DNA of 62,595 nucleotides, taken from an uncultured Alphaproteobacteria bacterium (GTDB lineage Bacteria; Pseudomonadota; Alphaproteobacteria; HIMB59; GCA-002718135). The position numbers and the translations under genes were made by a program. The notes beneath the pieces are model-generated. The model made no database searches and had not been told where the DNA came from. It saw only the letters and a list, made by a program, of their open reading frames with translations. Below, piece by piece: positions 37,867 to 48,182 of this stretch (positions are counted from its first letter, which is position 1; each line of letters opens with the position of its first letter). The stretch covers positions 1 through 62,595 of the forward strand of contig CACDMT010000004.1 of assembly GCA_902553945.1 (NCBI GenBank), in the 5' to 3' direction.

Positions 37867-40800
37867 TATTTAATTAAATTAATGACTTTTTTAGATAATT
37901 CAAATCTGTCATCAAATAAATTGCCACCAAAATCATAAAAAATTTTTTGATCTGGTCTTAAGATTAAAGAATTTTTTTTTGATAATGAAAGTTCTAATAA
38001 TTTTTCTGGTTTTTTTGGTTTATTTTGAAAAAAACTTATTAATATACCCTTTCTACTAAACTCAAATTTTTCAATGTTTTCTTTTAAACACAAAATTTTA
38101 ATTTCTACTAATTTAAATAAGTTAATTAACTGGCTAGGTAATTTACCAAACCGATCTATTAATTCTAGCTTTATGTCTTCTATTTCTTTATTATTATTAA
38201 TGTTTGATATTCTTTTATAAATAGAAAGTCTTAAATCAACATCGTTAATAAAATCTTCAGGTATATATATTTCGACAGGTATTTTAATAATAGGTTGAAA
38301 GCTTTTATTTTTCACAAAATCCGAATTAATTTTACTTTTTTGTAAATTTATCTCTTCTTCAAGCATTTGATGGTAAAGTTCAGTTCCAATTTCTTTTATA
38401 AAACCACTTTGCTCTTCACCAATGATAGAGCCGCCACCTCGAAGATCTAAATCTTGTGATGCTATATTAAAACCTGCACCAAGATGATCTGAGGAATTAA
38501 TTATTGATAATCTTTTTCTTCCATTATCTTTTAATTCGTTTTCTTTATATGTTATGTATGCATATCCACGTTTAGAAGATCTGCCTACTCTTCCCTTCAA
38601 TTGATATAATGCAGCCAAAGAGAAAATATTTGATCGGTAAACTATAATTGTATTTACATGAGGTAAATCTAAACCATTTTCGATAATATTAGTACTAAGC
38701 ATTAAAGGAACTTCTTGATTATAAAATTTTGATATTCTGCTTTCTAATAATTTAGGACTAAGTTGACCGTGGGTAATTACATATTTTATTTCTGGTAAAT
38801 TATCATTTAAAAATTGTTCGACAAAAGGTAAATCTTTTTTTCTAGGAACAACAAAATAAACTCCATTTTTTCTTCCATATATCTCTCTCTTAATAGCTTC
38901 TGTTATAGTTAAAGAATCAAAAGGTGAAACGTAAGTTCTAACTGCCATTCTTTCAAATGGCGCTGTAAGAATTAGACTAAGATCTCTTATTCCTGAAAGA
39001 GACATACTTAAAGTTCTTGGAATAGGTGTTGCGCTAAGCGAGATACAATGAGCTTTAGGGGCAATTTCTTTAAATTTTTCTTTTTGAATTGTTCCTAATT
39101 TTTGCTCTTCATCGTAAACTATTAAACCAAGCCTATTAAATTTTAGCTTGTCATTAAATAAAGCATGTGTTCCGACTAATACATCTATATTACCAGCATT
39201 ACATTTTTCAAAAATTTCTTTTTTATCTTTTAATGATACTAATCTAGAAATTTCTTCTATGTTAATACCAAAAATAGATAATCTTTTTTTGAAATTAATA
39301 AAATGCTGTCTAGATAAAATTGTAGTTGGAACAAAAACCACAGATTGTAAATTTGATTTTGCTGCTAAAAATATAGCTCTCAAAATCACTTCTGTTTTAC
39401 CAAATGCTACATCGCCTACAATTAATCTGTCTGATGGTATCATTTTAGAGAAATCATTAATAATATCTTGAATTGCATTTAATTGATCATCAGTTTCTAC
39501 AAATGGAAAAGTACTTACAAATTTGTCATATTCAGGAATATTCGTATTAATTTCATAGGATTGAGATTGAAGCCTCTTAGAGGCTATTGAAATAAGTTTT
39601 TTTGCAGCATCTTTAATTTTCTTTTTTGCATCGGCTTTTCTTTTTTGCCAATGTGAAGCACCAAGTTTATCTAAAATAATGTTCCCATCGGTATCATCAC
39701 TGTATTTTGAAACATAACTTAAATTTTCAACTGGTAAAAAAAGTTTCTGATTATCTAAAAATTCTAGCTCTAAACACTCATGAATTGAATCATTTAATTC
39801 AATTTTTCTTATGTTGTTGAACTTACAAAGACCATATTCAGAATGAACAAGAATAGAGTCAATTAATAATTTATTTAACTCTTCAAAAAAAATAGTCTGT
39901 TTACGTGATTTTGATATTTGTGTATTAAAAAAATAACCAAATAACGACTTTTCATTAATAAATATATATTTATCAAACTTCAATGACTCCTCAATATCTA
40001 AAATAGTTAGTAAAATAGTATCTGAAAAAGAATGATTAAAGTTTTTGATGTCTTTTAACTTTAAGTTTACGTTATTCTCTAATATTTTAGAAACTCTTTC
40101 TAAACTTCCTTTACTTCGACAACATATATAAATTATATTATCTTTAGAGTTAGTAGTAAAAAATTGATTTATAAAACTAAAATCTATTTCTTTCTTAATA
40201 GATGATAAGTTATGAATAACATTTACATCAATATTTATATGATTATTTTTATTAAATGTATTGAAGTAATAATGTTCATTATTATCCAAATATTTTTTTA
40301 AAGTTTGTTTGTTCAAGTAAAAATATTCAGGCGATAAAAAGAAGCTTTCTTTATTATTTTTTCTTGCTAAATAAAAATCATTTATATTTTCTAATCTATT
40401 TTCAAATATATTTTTAAATTCATCATTTAGCAATATTGTATATTCTTCTAAATAATCAAATAATGTTTCTAGATTATCATAAAATAATGGCATAAATTGC
40501 TCGCCACCAGAGGGAATAGTTTTATCTGAGAAAAGATTATAAACTTGGCTATTTCTATATTCTGGAAATATTTCTCTAAATTTTTTTCTAAATAGGTTCA
40601 AGTTAGTATCATTAACTATTAATTCATTAACAATGTTAAACTCTAAATCAGTATTTATTTCCTTTAATCTTTTTTGGGTAATTGAGTCAAACTCAAAAAT
40701 AGTCTCTATTTCCTCATCAAAAAAATCTATTCTTATTGGTTTTGATCTGTCATTTGGAAAAATATCTAAGATTGATCCTCTTACAGAAAATTCTGATTTA

Positions 40801-41243
40801 TCTCGGACTAAAGATGTTCTTTGAAATCCTAATAGAACAAGGTTATTAATAAAATCTTCAAATTTAAATTTTTGTTTTTTAGAAATTTTGAAAAGTTGTG
40901 AATTAATAATTGATTTAGGAATTATTTTTTGTGTTATCGAGTTAACTGTTGTAAGTATAATTCTTTTTGCATTTGAATTAGATAATGTTTTAAGAGTTTT
41001 TAATCTTTCAATTTGAATTTCTTTTGAAGGAGAAACATTATCATAAGGTATTTGATCCCAAGATTTAAATAATAAAGTCTCAGTATCAGGCAATAACCAT
41101 TTAAGTTTTTGCTCAATAGATGATATTTCTCTTTCATCTTTACCAATGTATAAGATTGATTTATTGGTATTTTTATAAAACTTTGAAATGAAAAAAGGTT
41201 CAACTTTATGTATTGAAGGACCAATAGTATTTTTATTTTTCAT
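37866..41243 (-). CDS. mfd: Transcription-repair coupling factor
   Basis: VRGSILD, CarD-like domain, GDVAFGKT, DEEQ, SATPIPRT, QLKGRVGR, TRCF C-terminus. Confidence 0.96.
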   Translation of the reverse strand: MKNKNTIGPSIHKVEPFFISKFYKNTNKSILYIGKDEREISSIEQKLKWLLPDTETLLFKSWDQIPYDNVSPSKEIQIERLKTLKTLSNSNAKRIILTTVNSITQKIIPKSIINSQLFKISKKQKFKFEDFINNLVLLGFQRTSLVRDKSEFSVRGSILDIFPNDRSKPIRIDFFDEEIETIFEFDSITQKRLKEINTDLEFNIVNELIVNDTNLNLFRKKFREIFPEYRNSQVYNLFSDKTIPSGGEQFMPLFYDNLETLFDYLEEYTILLNDEFKNIFENRLENINDFYLARKNNKESFFLSPEYFYLNKQTLKKYLDNNEHYYFNTFNKNNHINIDVNVIHNLSSIKKEIDFSFINQFFTTNSKDNIIYICCRSKGSLERVSKILENNVNLKLKDIKNFNHSFSDTILLTILDIEESLKFDKYIFINEKSLFGYFFNTQISKSRKQTIFFEELNKLLIDSILVHSEYGLCKFNNIRKIELNDSIHECLELEFLDNQKLFLPVENLSYVSKYSDDTDGNIILDKLGASHWQKRKADAKKKIKDAAKKLISIASKRLQSQSYEINTNIPEYDKFVSTFPFVETDDQLNAIQDIINDFSKMIPSDRLIVGDVAFGKTEVILRAIFLAAKSNLQSVVFVPTTILSRQHFINFKKRLSIFGINIEEISRLVSLKDKKEIFEKCNAGNIDVLVGTHALFNDKLKFNRLGLIVYDEEQKLGTIQKEKFKEIAPKAHCISLSATPIPRTLSMSLSGIRDLSLILTAPFERMAVRTYVSPFDSLTITEAIKREIYGRKNGVYFVVPRKKDLPFVEQFLNDNLPEIKYVITHGQLSPKLLESRISKFYNQEVPLMLSTNIIENGLDLPHVNTIIVYRSNIFSLAALYQLKGRVGRSSKRGYAYITYKENELKDNGRKRLSIINSSDHLGAGFNIASQDLDLRGGGSIIGEEQSGFIKEIGTELYHQMLEEEINLQKSKINSDFVKNKSFQPIIKIPVEIYIPEDFINDVDLRLSIYKRISNINNNKEIEDIKLELIDRFGKLPSQLINLFKLVEIKILCLKENIEKFEFSRKGILISFFQNKPKKPEKLLELSLSKKNSLILRPDQKIFYDFGGNLFDDRFELSKKVINLIK

Positions 41244-41481
41244 TTAGTATTTTATTAAAAATTCCCTTAAATTCTAAAGGAAGAGATACCTTAGATGTAA
41301 GAAAATCATAAATCTCGTTATCGGAGAATTGATTAAATAAAGATTCAATATCTTCAAGATCTTTTTTACTAAGTTTATCTAACTGATCAATAAAATATCT
41401 TTTGTATAATATATCTGTTTCTTTTGTTCCGGAGTATAAAACTCTATATTTTATTGATTTTTTTAGTGAATTGAATGACAT
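41233..41481 (-). CDS. sdhE: Succinate dehydrogenase assembly factor SdhE/Sdh5
   Basis: YR...SGTKETD...D..IY; recG-sdhE-mfd alphaproteobacterial synteny. Confidence 0.82.
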   Translation of the reverse strand: MSFNSLKKSIKYRVLYSGTKETDILYKRYFIDQLDKLSKKDLEDIESLFNQFSDNEIYDFLTSKVSLPLEFKGIFNKILNEK

Positions 41482-41517
41482 AATAATTGAATATAGTTTA
41501 TAATTTTATAAAAATCT

Positions 41518-43599
41518 ATGAGACCAAAAGGATTAAATTACATATTATCTTCAATATCATCTCTTAAAGGAGTTGGTCCAAAATTAGAACAAATTATTAA
41601 TAAATTAGGCATTTATAAGAATATTCATTTTGTTTGGAACATACCAAATAATATTCTGGAAAGAAAATTCTATGAAAATATACATGATGCAGAAGTTAAT
41701 TCGTTAGTAACATTAAATTTAAAAATTATAAAACATGAACCCTCAAGATTTAAAAGACAACCTTACAAAATTAAATGTATCTGCGGTGATACCAATATTG
41801 ATTTAGTATATTTTAATGCAAGACATCCTATGTTGAGGCAAATGCTTCCAACAAATGAAAATAGATTAATATCTGGAAAATTAGAATATTTTAGAAACTC
41901 ATTTCAAATAACCCACCCTACTCATGTAAGTGCTTTAAACAATAATAAAATAATAAAAAGTAAAGAAGCAGTTTACAGTTTAACTAGTGGTCTCAATCAA
42001 AATATAATGAATAAATTAACAGATCAAATATTAAATAATTTACCAAATTTTAATGAGTGGATAGAAAGTACAATATTAAATAAATATAAATTTAAACCAT
42101 GGAAGGAGGTAGTTAAAAATCTACATAATCCAAGCGATAATAATATTAAAGACAAAAATTTGTTCAGAAGAAGATTAGCATTTGATGAATTATTATCTCA
42201 TCAATTGGCTGTAGGTATTATGAGAAATTTTAATCAAAAGAAAAAAGGCTTAAAAATTACTAGTGAAAATAAAACAATAAATAAATTTTATAATAATTTA
42301 GATTTTCAACTTACTAGTTCACAAAATAATGTAATCAAAGAAATACTTCATGATCTAGCAAGCTCTAATCAAATGATAAGATTGTTGCAAGGAGATGTTG
42401 GGTCTGGAAAAACTATTGTAGCTTTAATTTCAATGCTAAAAGTTTTTGAAAGTAATTTTCAATCTGCTTTAATGGTGCCTACTACAATTCTAGCATTTCA
42501 GCATTATGAAAATATTTTAAATTTGTTAAAAGACTTAAAAATAAATGTTCTTGTTCTAACTGGAAAGGATAAAGGAAAGGAAAGGAAAGAAAAATTAGAT
42601 AAAATTGTAAATGGAAAAGCAGATATTATAATTGGCACACATGCTTTGATACAAGATACAGTAAAATTTAACAATTTAGGTTTAGCAGTAATTGATGAAC
42701 AACATAGATTTGGTGTTTATCAAAGAATGGTATTTAACCATAAAAATCATAAACCAAATATTTTAGTAATGAGCGCAACTCCAATTCCAAGAACATTAAC
42801 TTTAGCAGCATATGGCGATATGAAAGAGAGTAAATTAATTGAAAAACCTTTAGGTCGAAAACCGATAATAACTAGCTCATTATCATTAAAAAAACAAATT
42901 CAACTTATTGATAGAATAAAAGAAAAGATTAAAAATCACTCATATAAATTTTATTGGGTATGTCCTTTAATAGAAGAATCTGAAGAATTAGATTTAAAAG
43001 CTGCAGAAGAAAGATACAAAATTTTAAAAAAACATTTCAAAGATAAAGTTCTTTTAATGCATGGACGTTTAAGTGAAATAGAAAAAGAAGAAATAATGTC
43101 AAAATTTAAAAATGAAGATTATAAAATTTTAGTTTCAACAACTGTAATTGAAGTTGGTGTTGATATTCCCTCTGCTACAACTATTGTAATTGAACATGCA
43201 GAGAGATTTGGTTTAGCTCAACTTCATCAATTGAGAGGACGTGTTGGTAGAAATGATATTCAATCTTATTGTATACTTTTACATAAAGAAAATATTGGAG
43301 AAATTTCAAAACAAAGAATTGATATAATGAAGAAAACAAATGATGGATTTATAATTGCTGAAGAAGATCTAAAAATAAGAGGTCCAGGAGAAATTTTAGG
43401 AAAAAAACAATCTGGTAGCCCATCTTTTTATATCGCTGATCTTAGTTTTGATTACGATTTGTTAGAAGATGCTAAACTTATGGTTGAAAATATATTATTA
43501 AAAAATCCAAAATTAGAAAATATTGAAGGAGATAATCTTCGAAATTTATTGTATCTACAAGAAAGAGATGCAGCAATCTTAACACTGACTGCAGGATAA
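41518..43599 (+). CDS. recG: ATP-dependent DNA helicase RecG
   Basis: QGDVGSGKT, DEQHRFG, SATPIPRT, QLRGRVGR, DL.IRGPGE. Confidence 0.97.
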   Translation: MRPKGLNYILSSISSLKGVGPKLEQIINKLGIYKNIHFVWNIPNNILERKFYENIHDAEVNSLVTLNLKIIKHEPSRFKRQPYKIKCICGDTNIDLVYFNARHPMLRQMLPTNENRLISGKLEYFRNSFQITHPTHVSALNNNKIIKSKEAVYSLTSGLNQNIMNKLTDQILNNLPNFNEWIESTILNKYKFKPWKEVVKNLHNPSDNNIKDKNLFRRRLAFDELLSHQLAVGIMRNFNQKKKGLKITSENKTINKFYNNLDFQLTSSQNNVIKEILHDLASSNQMIRLLQGDVGSGKTIVALISMLKVFESNFQSALMVPTTILAFQHYENILNLLKDLKINVLVLTGKDKGKERKEKLDKIVNGKADIIIGTHALIQDTVKFNNLGLAVIDEQHRFGVYQRMVFNHKNHKPNILVMSATPIPRTLTLAAYGDMKESKLIEKPLGRKPIITSSLSLKKQIQLIDRIKEKIKNHSYKFYWVCPLIEESEELDLKAAEERYKILKKHFKDKVLLMHGRLSEIEKEEIMSKFKNEDYKILVSTTVIEVGVDIPSATTIVIEHAERFGLAQLHQLRGRVGRNDIQSYCILLHKENIGEISKQRIDIMKKTNDGFIIAEEDLKIRGPGEILGKKQSGSPSFYIADLSFDYDLLEDAKLMVENILLKNPKLENIEGDNLRNLLYLQERDAAILTLTAG

Positions 43600-43604
43600 T
43601 TATT

Positions 43605-44042
43605 ATGTATATAGAAAAAGGTATTAGATTTGAATGCCAAGGTTCTGGAAATTGCTGTGTTTCACGAGGTAGTTATGGTTTTGTTTATTTAAGTAATAAA
43701 GATATTAAAAAATTGTCTATAGGACTTAAGACAACAGAACAAAACTTTATAAAAAACTATTGTCAAAAAACTGATGGTTTAATCCACTTAAAAGAATTAA
43801 AAAAAAATAATGGTAATTGTATATTTTTAAAAGATAAAAAATGTAGTGTTTATAGGTCAAGACCTATACAATGTAGAACTTGGCCTTTTTGGCCTGAAAA
43901 CATGAATACAAAAACTTGGAATAACGATATTGCTAAAAATTGTCCAGGTGTAGGGAAAGGTAAAGTAAAAACAAAGAAAGAAATTTTAAAGCAAGTAAAA
44001 ATTGATTATGAAAATGAAGTTAATATAATTAATAAAAATTAA
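43605..44042 (+). CDS. YkgJ family cysteine cluster protein
   Basis: FECQGSGNCC, CIFL...CSVY..RP.QCRTWPFW, CPG. Confidence 0.9.
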   Translation: MYIEKGIRFECQGSGNCCVSRGSYGFVYLSNKDIKKLSIGLKTTEQNFIKNYCQKTDGLIHLKELKKNNGNCIFLKDKKCSVYRSRPIQCRTWPFWPENMNTKTWNNDIAKNCPGVGKGKVKTKKEILKQVKIDYENEVNIINKN

Positions 44043-44221
44043 CCATCTGACTCAAATTCCATTTCTTTGAAATGCCCGATATATTTATTAGTCTGTTTTT
44101 TTAATAATATTTTTATTGTAGTTCCTTCTAATACAACTTCGAGAATATGTTCATTTTTTCTTAAGATATCACATTGTTTTTTAATGCCGGAATTGATATT
44201 TTTTATTATTGTTTTTTGCAT
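44039..44221 (-). CDS. Small hypothetical protein
   Basis: 60-aa ORF starting just after tRNA-Lys on the same strand. Confidence 0.55.
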   Translation of the reverse strand: MQKTIIKNINSGIKKQCDILRKNEHILEVVLEGTTIKILLKKQTNKYIGHFKEMEFESDG

Positions 44222-44227
44222 TTTTGA

Positions 44228-44303
<76 letters not shown>

Positions 44304-44351
44304 ATCGCTTTTATTCTATATAGTTCAAATATTGTAAGCGCAAGAGATTAA

Positions 44352-44846
44352 CTAAGTGTTTTTTTTATTAAGAACATCTAATGTATTAGTTGATACAAAA
44401 TTTGAAACATCTCCTCCAAGTTTATGAACTTCTTTTACAAAATTAGAAGAGATAAACGAGTTTTTTTCTGAAGTCATTAAAAATATTGTCTCTATATCGG
44501 GGTTAAGTTGATAATTCATACCTGTCATTTGAAATTCATATTCAAAATCAGAAACGGCTCTTAATCCTCTAATTATACATGTGGCATTTTTTGATTTTGC
44601 AAAATTTGTTAATAAACCAGATAATTCAGTAACTTCAATTTTAGGATTAATATCTTTTAAATTTTTAATATCATTTTTAATTAATGATATTCTTTCTAAT
44701 GTATTGAATAAAGTATTTTTATTTAAATTATCTGTAGCTACTGCTATTACTAAATTATCAACAATTTTAAGTGATCTTTTAACTATGTCCATATGACCTG
44801 TGGTCATGGGATCAAAGGTTCCTGGATAAATACCTATTTTATTCAT
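44352..44846 (-). CDS. coaD: Phosphopantetheine adenylyltransferase
   Basis: [27 protein letters not shown]; likely start MNKIG at 44846. Confidence 0.96.
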   Translation of the reverse strand: MNKIGIYPGTFDPMTTGHMDIVKRSLKIVDNLVIAVATDNLNKNTLFNTLERISLIKNDIKNLKDINPKIEVTELSGLLTNFAKSKNATCIIRGLRAVSDFEYEFQMTGMNYQLNPDIETIFLMTSEKNSFISSNFVKEVHKLGGDVSNFVSTNTLDVLNKKNT

Positions 44847-47514
44847 CCTTATCAATTTCCTGTACTCTTGAAACTGAGACAATTTTATCCATTTCAGGTA
44901 TTTTAAATATACTCACTCCTTTTGTAGACCTTCCAGCTATTCTTATTTGATTAACATTAACTCTAATGATCTGTCCTTTATCACTAACTAAAATAATTTC
45001 ATCATTTTCCTGCACTACAAAACAATCTACAACTTCTCCATTTTTAGATGAAGTTAGAATTCCTGTAATTCCTTTACCTCCTCTATTTGATATTCTGTAT
45101 TCATAAGCAGATGACCTTTTACCAAAACCTTTAGATGTTACAGTTAATAAGAATTCTTCATTTTTATTTAATTCTTCAAATCCATTTTTTAATGATGATG
45201 ATGCTTTTCTGCTTTCAGAAGAGGCTCTTAAATAATCTTGCCTAATGTTCATATCTATAAAAGAATGTTTTAATATTGATAAAGATATAATAGTATTATT
45301 TTTATCTAATTTAATTCCCCTTACTCCAGAAGAATTTAATCCTGAGAATAATCTTAATTTTTCAACAGGAAAACGAAGACATTTACCATTTGATGATGAT
45401 AAAAATATATCATCATCCTTAGTACATAATTTAACAGATATTAGTTCATCTTTTGGGTTTAATTTAATTGATAACTTTCCTGAGTCTCTTAAATCTCTTT
45501 TTCCACTTTTTGCAATATCAATAAGTTTGTTTTTCTTAACCATTCCATTTTTGGTTACAAAAATAACGTAAAAATTATCCCATTGATTTTCATTTAAAGG
45601 CATTGGTAGAAAAGTTGATATTTTTTCATCAGATTTGAAAGATATTAAATTTATTATTGGTTTACCTCTAGCTTTTAAACTTGCCTCAGGAATGTCGTGT
45701 GCTTTCAATGAATAAACTTTACCTAAGGATGAAAAAACAAGTAATTTTGTATGAGTATTAGCAAAATGAATTTCCTTAACAAAATCTTCTTCTCTAGTTG
45801 ACATGCCTGTCTTACCCTTACCGCCTCTATTTTGTGAACGATAATTCGATAAAAGAGATCTTTTAATATAACCATTATTTGAAATTGTTAAAACAATATC
45901 TTCTTGCTGAATATATTTTAATTCATCTACATGCTCATATTCTTCCTCAATAATTTCACTTCTCCTATTTGTTGAGAATTCTTTTTTGATTTCACTTAAT
46001 TCATTTTTAATAACTTCTAATAGAATTTTTCTTGAATTTAAAATTTCAAGATGATTTTTTATTTCTAAAATTAATTGCTCTAAATCTTTTTGAATGTCAT
46101 CTCTTTCTAAAGCGGTTAATTTTTGCAATCTTAACTCCAAGATTGCTCTAGCTTGACTATCAGATAAAGAAAACTTATCATTTTTTAGTTGATTCGATTG
46201 ATCATCTACTAATTTAATAAAATTAATATTATCTTTAGATAACTTCCATTTTTTAGAAATTAATTTATTTTTTGCTTCTTTAGTGTCCTTTGAATTTTTT
46301 ATTAAATCTATAATTTCATCTATGTTTGAATTTGCAACAACAAGACCAACTAACAAGTGTGCTTTGTCTCTTGCTTTATTAAGTTCAAAAAGAGTTCTTT
46401 TAGTAATAACTTCTTCTCTAAAATCAAGAAAAGAACTTAATATTTGTTTTAAATTTAATTGTTCTGGTTTTCCTTTATTCAAGGCTAACATGTTAGAGTT
46501 AAATGAAGTTTGTATTAATGTATGCTTATAAAGTTGATTAAGAATAATTTTAGAGTCAAAATCTTTTTTCAACTCTATTACAACTCTAACTCCATTTCTA
46601 TCTGACTCATCTCTTAAATCAGAAATGCCTTCTAATGTTCCATTTTTAACTATTTCAGCAATTCTTTCTAAAAGTTTTGATTTGTTAACTTGATATGGAA
46701 TTTCATGCAAAATTATTGCTTCTCTATCTTTCTTAAAATTTTCAACACTTGTTTTTGATCTTACTAAGCATGCACCTTTACCAGTATCAAATGCTTCATT
46801 GATACCATTTCTACCAATTATTTGTCCTCCTGTCGGAAAATCTGGACCTAAAATGAATTTTTGTAATTCTGTTATACTGCATTCAGGATTATCTATTAAA
46901 AACAATGTTGCATCAATTACTTCTCCTAAATTATGAGGTGCTATATTAGTTGCCATTCCTACTGCAATACCTGATGAGCCGTTAACTAATAAATTAGGAA
47001 ACTGCGATGGTAAAACAGATGGTTCTTTTGTAGTATCATCATAGTTAGGTTGAAAAGATATTGTTTCTTTATCCAAGTCAGCAACTAATCTCTCTGATAC
47101 TTTTGAAAGACGTGCTTCAGTGTATCTCATAGCTGCTGGTGGATCGCCATCTAATGATCCAAAATTTCCCTGACCATCTATTAATTCCAATCTCATAGAA
47201 AAATTTTGAGCCATCCTAACCATTGAATTATAAATAGCTGAGTCTCCATGTGGATGATATTTACCCATAACATCGCCTACAATTCTAGCGGATTTTTTGT
47301 ATGGTTTATTATGAGTATATCCTGACTCACTCATTGAGTATAAAATTCTTCTGTGTACAGGTTTTAGTCCATCTCTTACATCTGGAAGTGCTCTGCTTAC
47401 AATAACTGACATAGCATAATCCAAATAGGATTTTTTCATTTCCTCCTCTAATGATATGTTAGAGGTATTTTGCGGACCCTCTGGATTACTTGATATATTT
47501 TTATCTTCTGACAC
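44839..47514 (-). CDS. gyrA: DNA gyrase subunit A
   Basis: HPHGDS, AAMRYTE, GyrA-box QNRGGKG. Confidence 0.98.
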   Translation of the reverse strand: MSEDKNISSNPEGPQNTSNISLEEEMKKSYLDYAMSVIVSRALPDVRDGLKPVHRRILYSMSESGYTHNKPYKKSARIVGDVMGKYHPHGDSAIYNSMVRMAQNFSMRLELIDGQGNFGSLDGDPPAAMRYTEARLSKVSERLVADLDKETISFQPNYDDTTKEPSVLPSQFPNLLVNGSSGIAVGMATNIAPHNLGEVIDATLFLIDNPECSITELQKFILGPDFPTGGQIIGRNGINEAFDTGKGACLVRSKTSVENFKKDREAIILHEIPYQVNKSKLLERIAEIVKNGTLEGISDLRDESDRNGVRVVIELKKDFDSKIILNQLYKHTLIQTSFNSNMLALNKGKPEQLNLKQILSSFLDFREEVITKRTLFELNKARDKAHLLVGLVVANSNIDEIIDLIKNSKDTKEAKNKLISKKWKLSKDNINFIKLVDDQSNQLKNDKFSLSDSQARAILELRLQKLTALERDDIQKDLEQLILEIKNHLEILNSRKILLEVIKNELSEIKKEFSTNRRSEIIEEEYEHVDELKYIQQEDIVLTISNNGYIKRSLLSNYRSQNRGGKGKTGMSTREEDFVKEIHFANTHTKLLVFSSLGKVYSLKAHDIPEASLKARGKPIINLISFKSDEKISTFLPMPLNENQWDNFYVIFVTKNGMVKKNKLIDIAKSGKRDLRDSGKLSIKLNPKDELISVKLCTKDDDIFLSSSNGKCLRFPVEKLRLFSGLNSSGVRGIKLDKNNTIISLSILKHSFIDMNIRQDYLRASSESRKASSSLKNGFEELNKNEEFLLTVTSKGFGKRSSAYEYRISNRGGKGITGILTSSKNGEVVDCFVVQENDEIILVSDKGQIIRVNVNQIRIAGRSTKGVSIFKIPEMDKIVSVSRVQEIDKDE

Positions 47515-47653
47515 TTAAAAACTCAATTTTTTCTTGAAAAATATAGATTTTTTATATCAAAAATAAATTTTTAAACAATTATTAAAATCTTAAAATTTTT
47601 TTAAAAATTTCTATATAAATCAATAAATTATAACGTTTTTTTAATGTTAATTT

Positions 47654-48127
47654 TTAAAAAGGAATATCCTCATCCAAATCTGGAGAATCAGAAGTTTCCG
47701 TTGAGAAAGAATTATCATCAACTGTATTTGATTTTTCAATGTTTTCATCATTATTATTAGAAATTTGATTAGTATTTCTATTATCTAATAAAGTTAAATT
47801 ACAATTGTAACCTTGTAAAATTACTTCTGTAGAATATCTATCATTTCCATCTTTATCTTGCCATTTACGAGTTTGTAGTTCACCTTCAACATATATTTTA
47901 GAACCTTTTTTTACATATTTTTCTACAATATCAACAAGTCCATCTCCAAATATAACAATGTTATGCCAAGATGTTTTTTCCTTTTGCTCTTGAGTACTTT
48001 TATCTTTCCATCTTTTTGAAGTAGCAATTGAAAATGTAGCCATCTTTGAGCCAGATTGCATTGATCTAATTTCAGGATCTCTACCTAGATTACCCAGTAA
48101 AATTACTTTATTAACACTACCAACCAT
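47654..48127 (-). CDS. ssb: Single-stranded DNA-binding protein
   Basis: [15 protein letters not shown]; C-terminal DEDIPF. Confidence 0.98.
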   Translation of the reverse strand: MVGSVNKVILLGNLGRDPEIRSMQSGSKMATFSIATSKRWKDKSTQEQKEKTSWHNIVIFGDGLVDIVEKYVKKGSKIYVEGELQTRKWQDKDGNDRYSTEVILQGYNCNLTLLDNRNTNQISNNNDENIEKSNTVDDNSFSTETSDSPDLDEDIPF

Positions 48128-48182
48128 ATTTTTTATATATATATCTTATAACATAATAGAAATTTAAACTAACATTAAATTA

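Noticed and set aside
47571-47585. TTAA-N7-TTAA CtrA-like box upstream of gyrA
   Set aside because: It lacks the terminal C and is expected by chance at this AT content.
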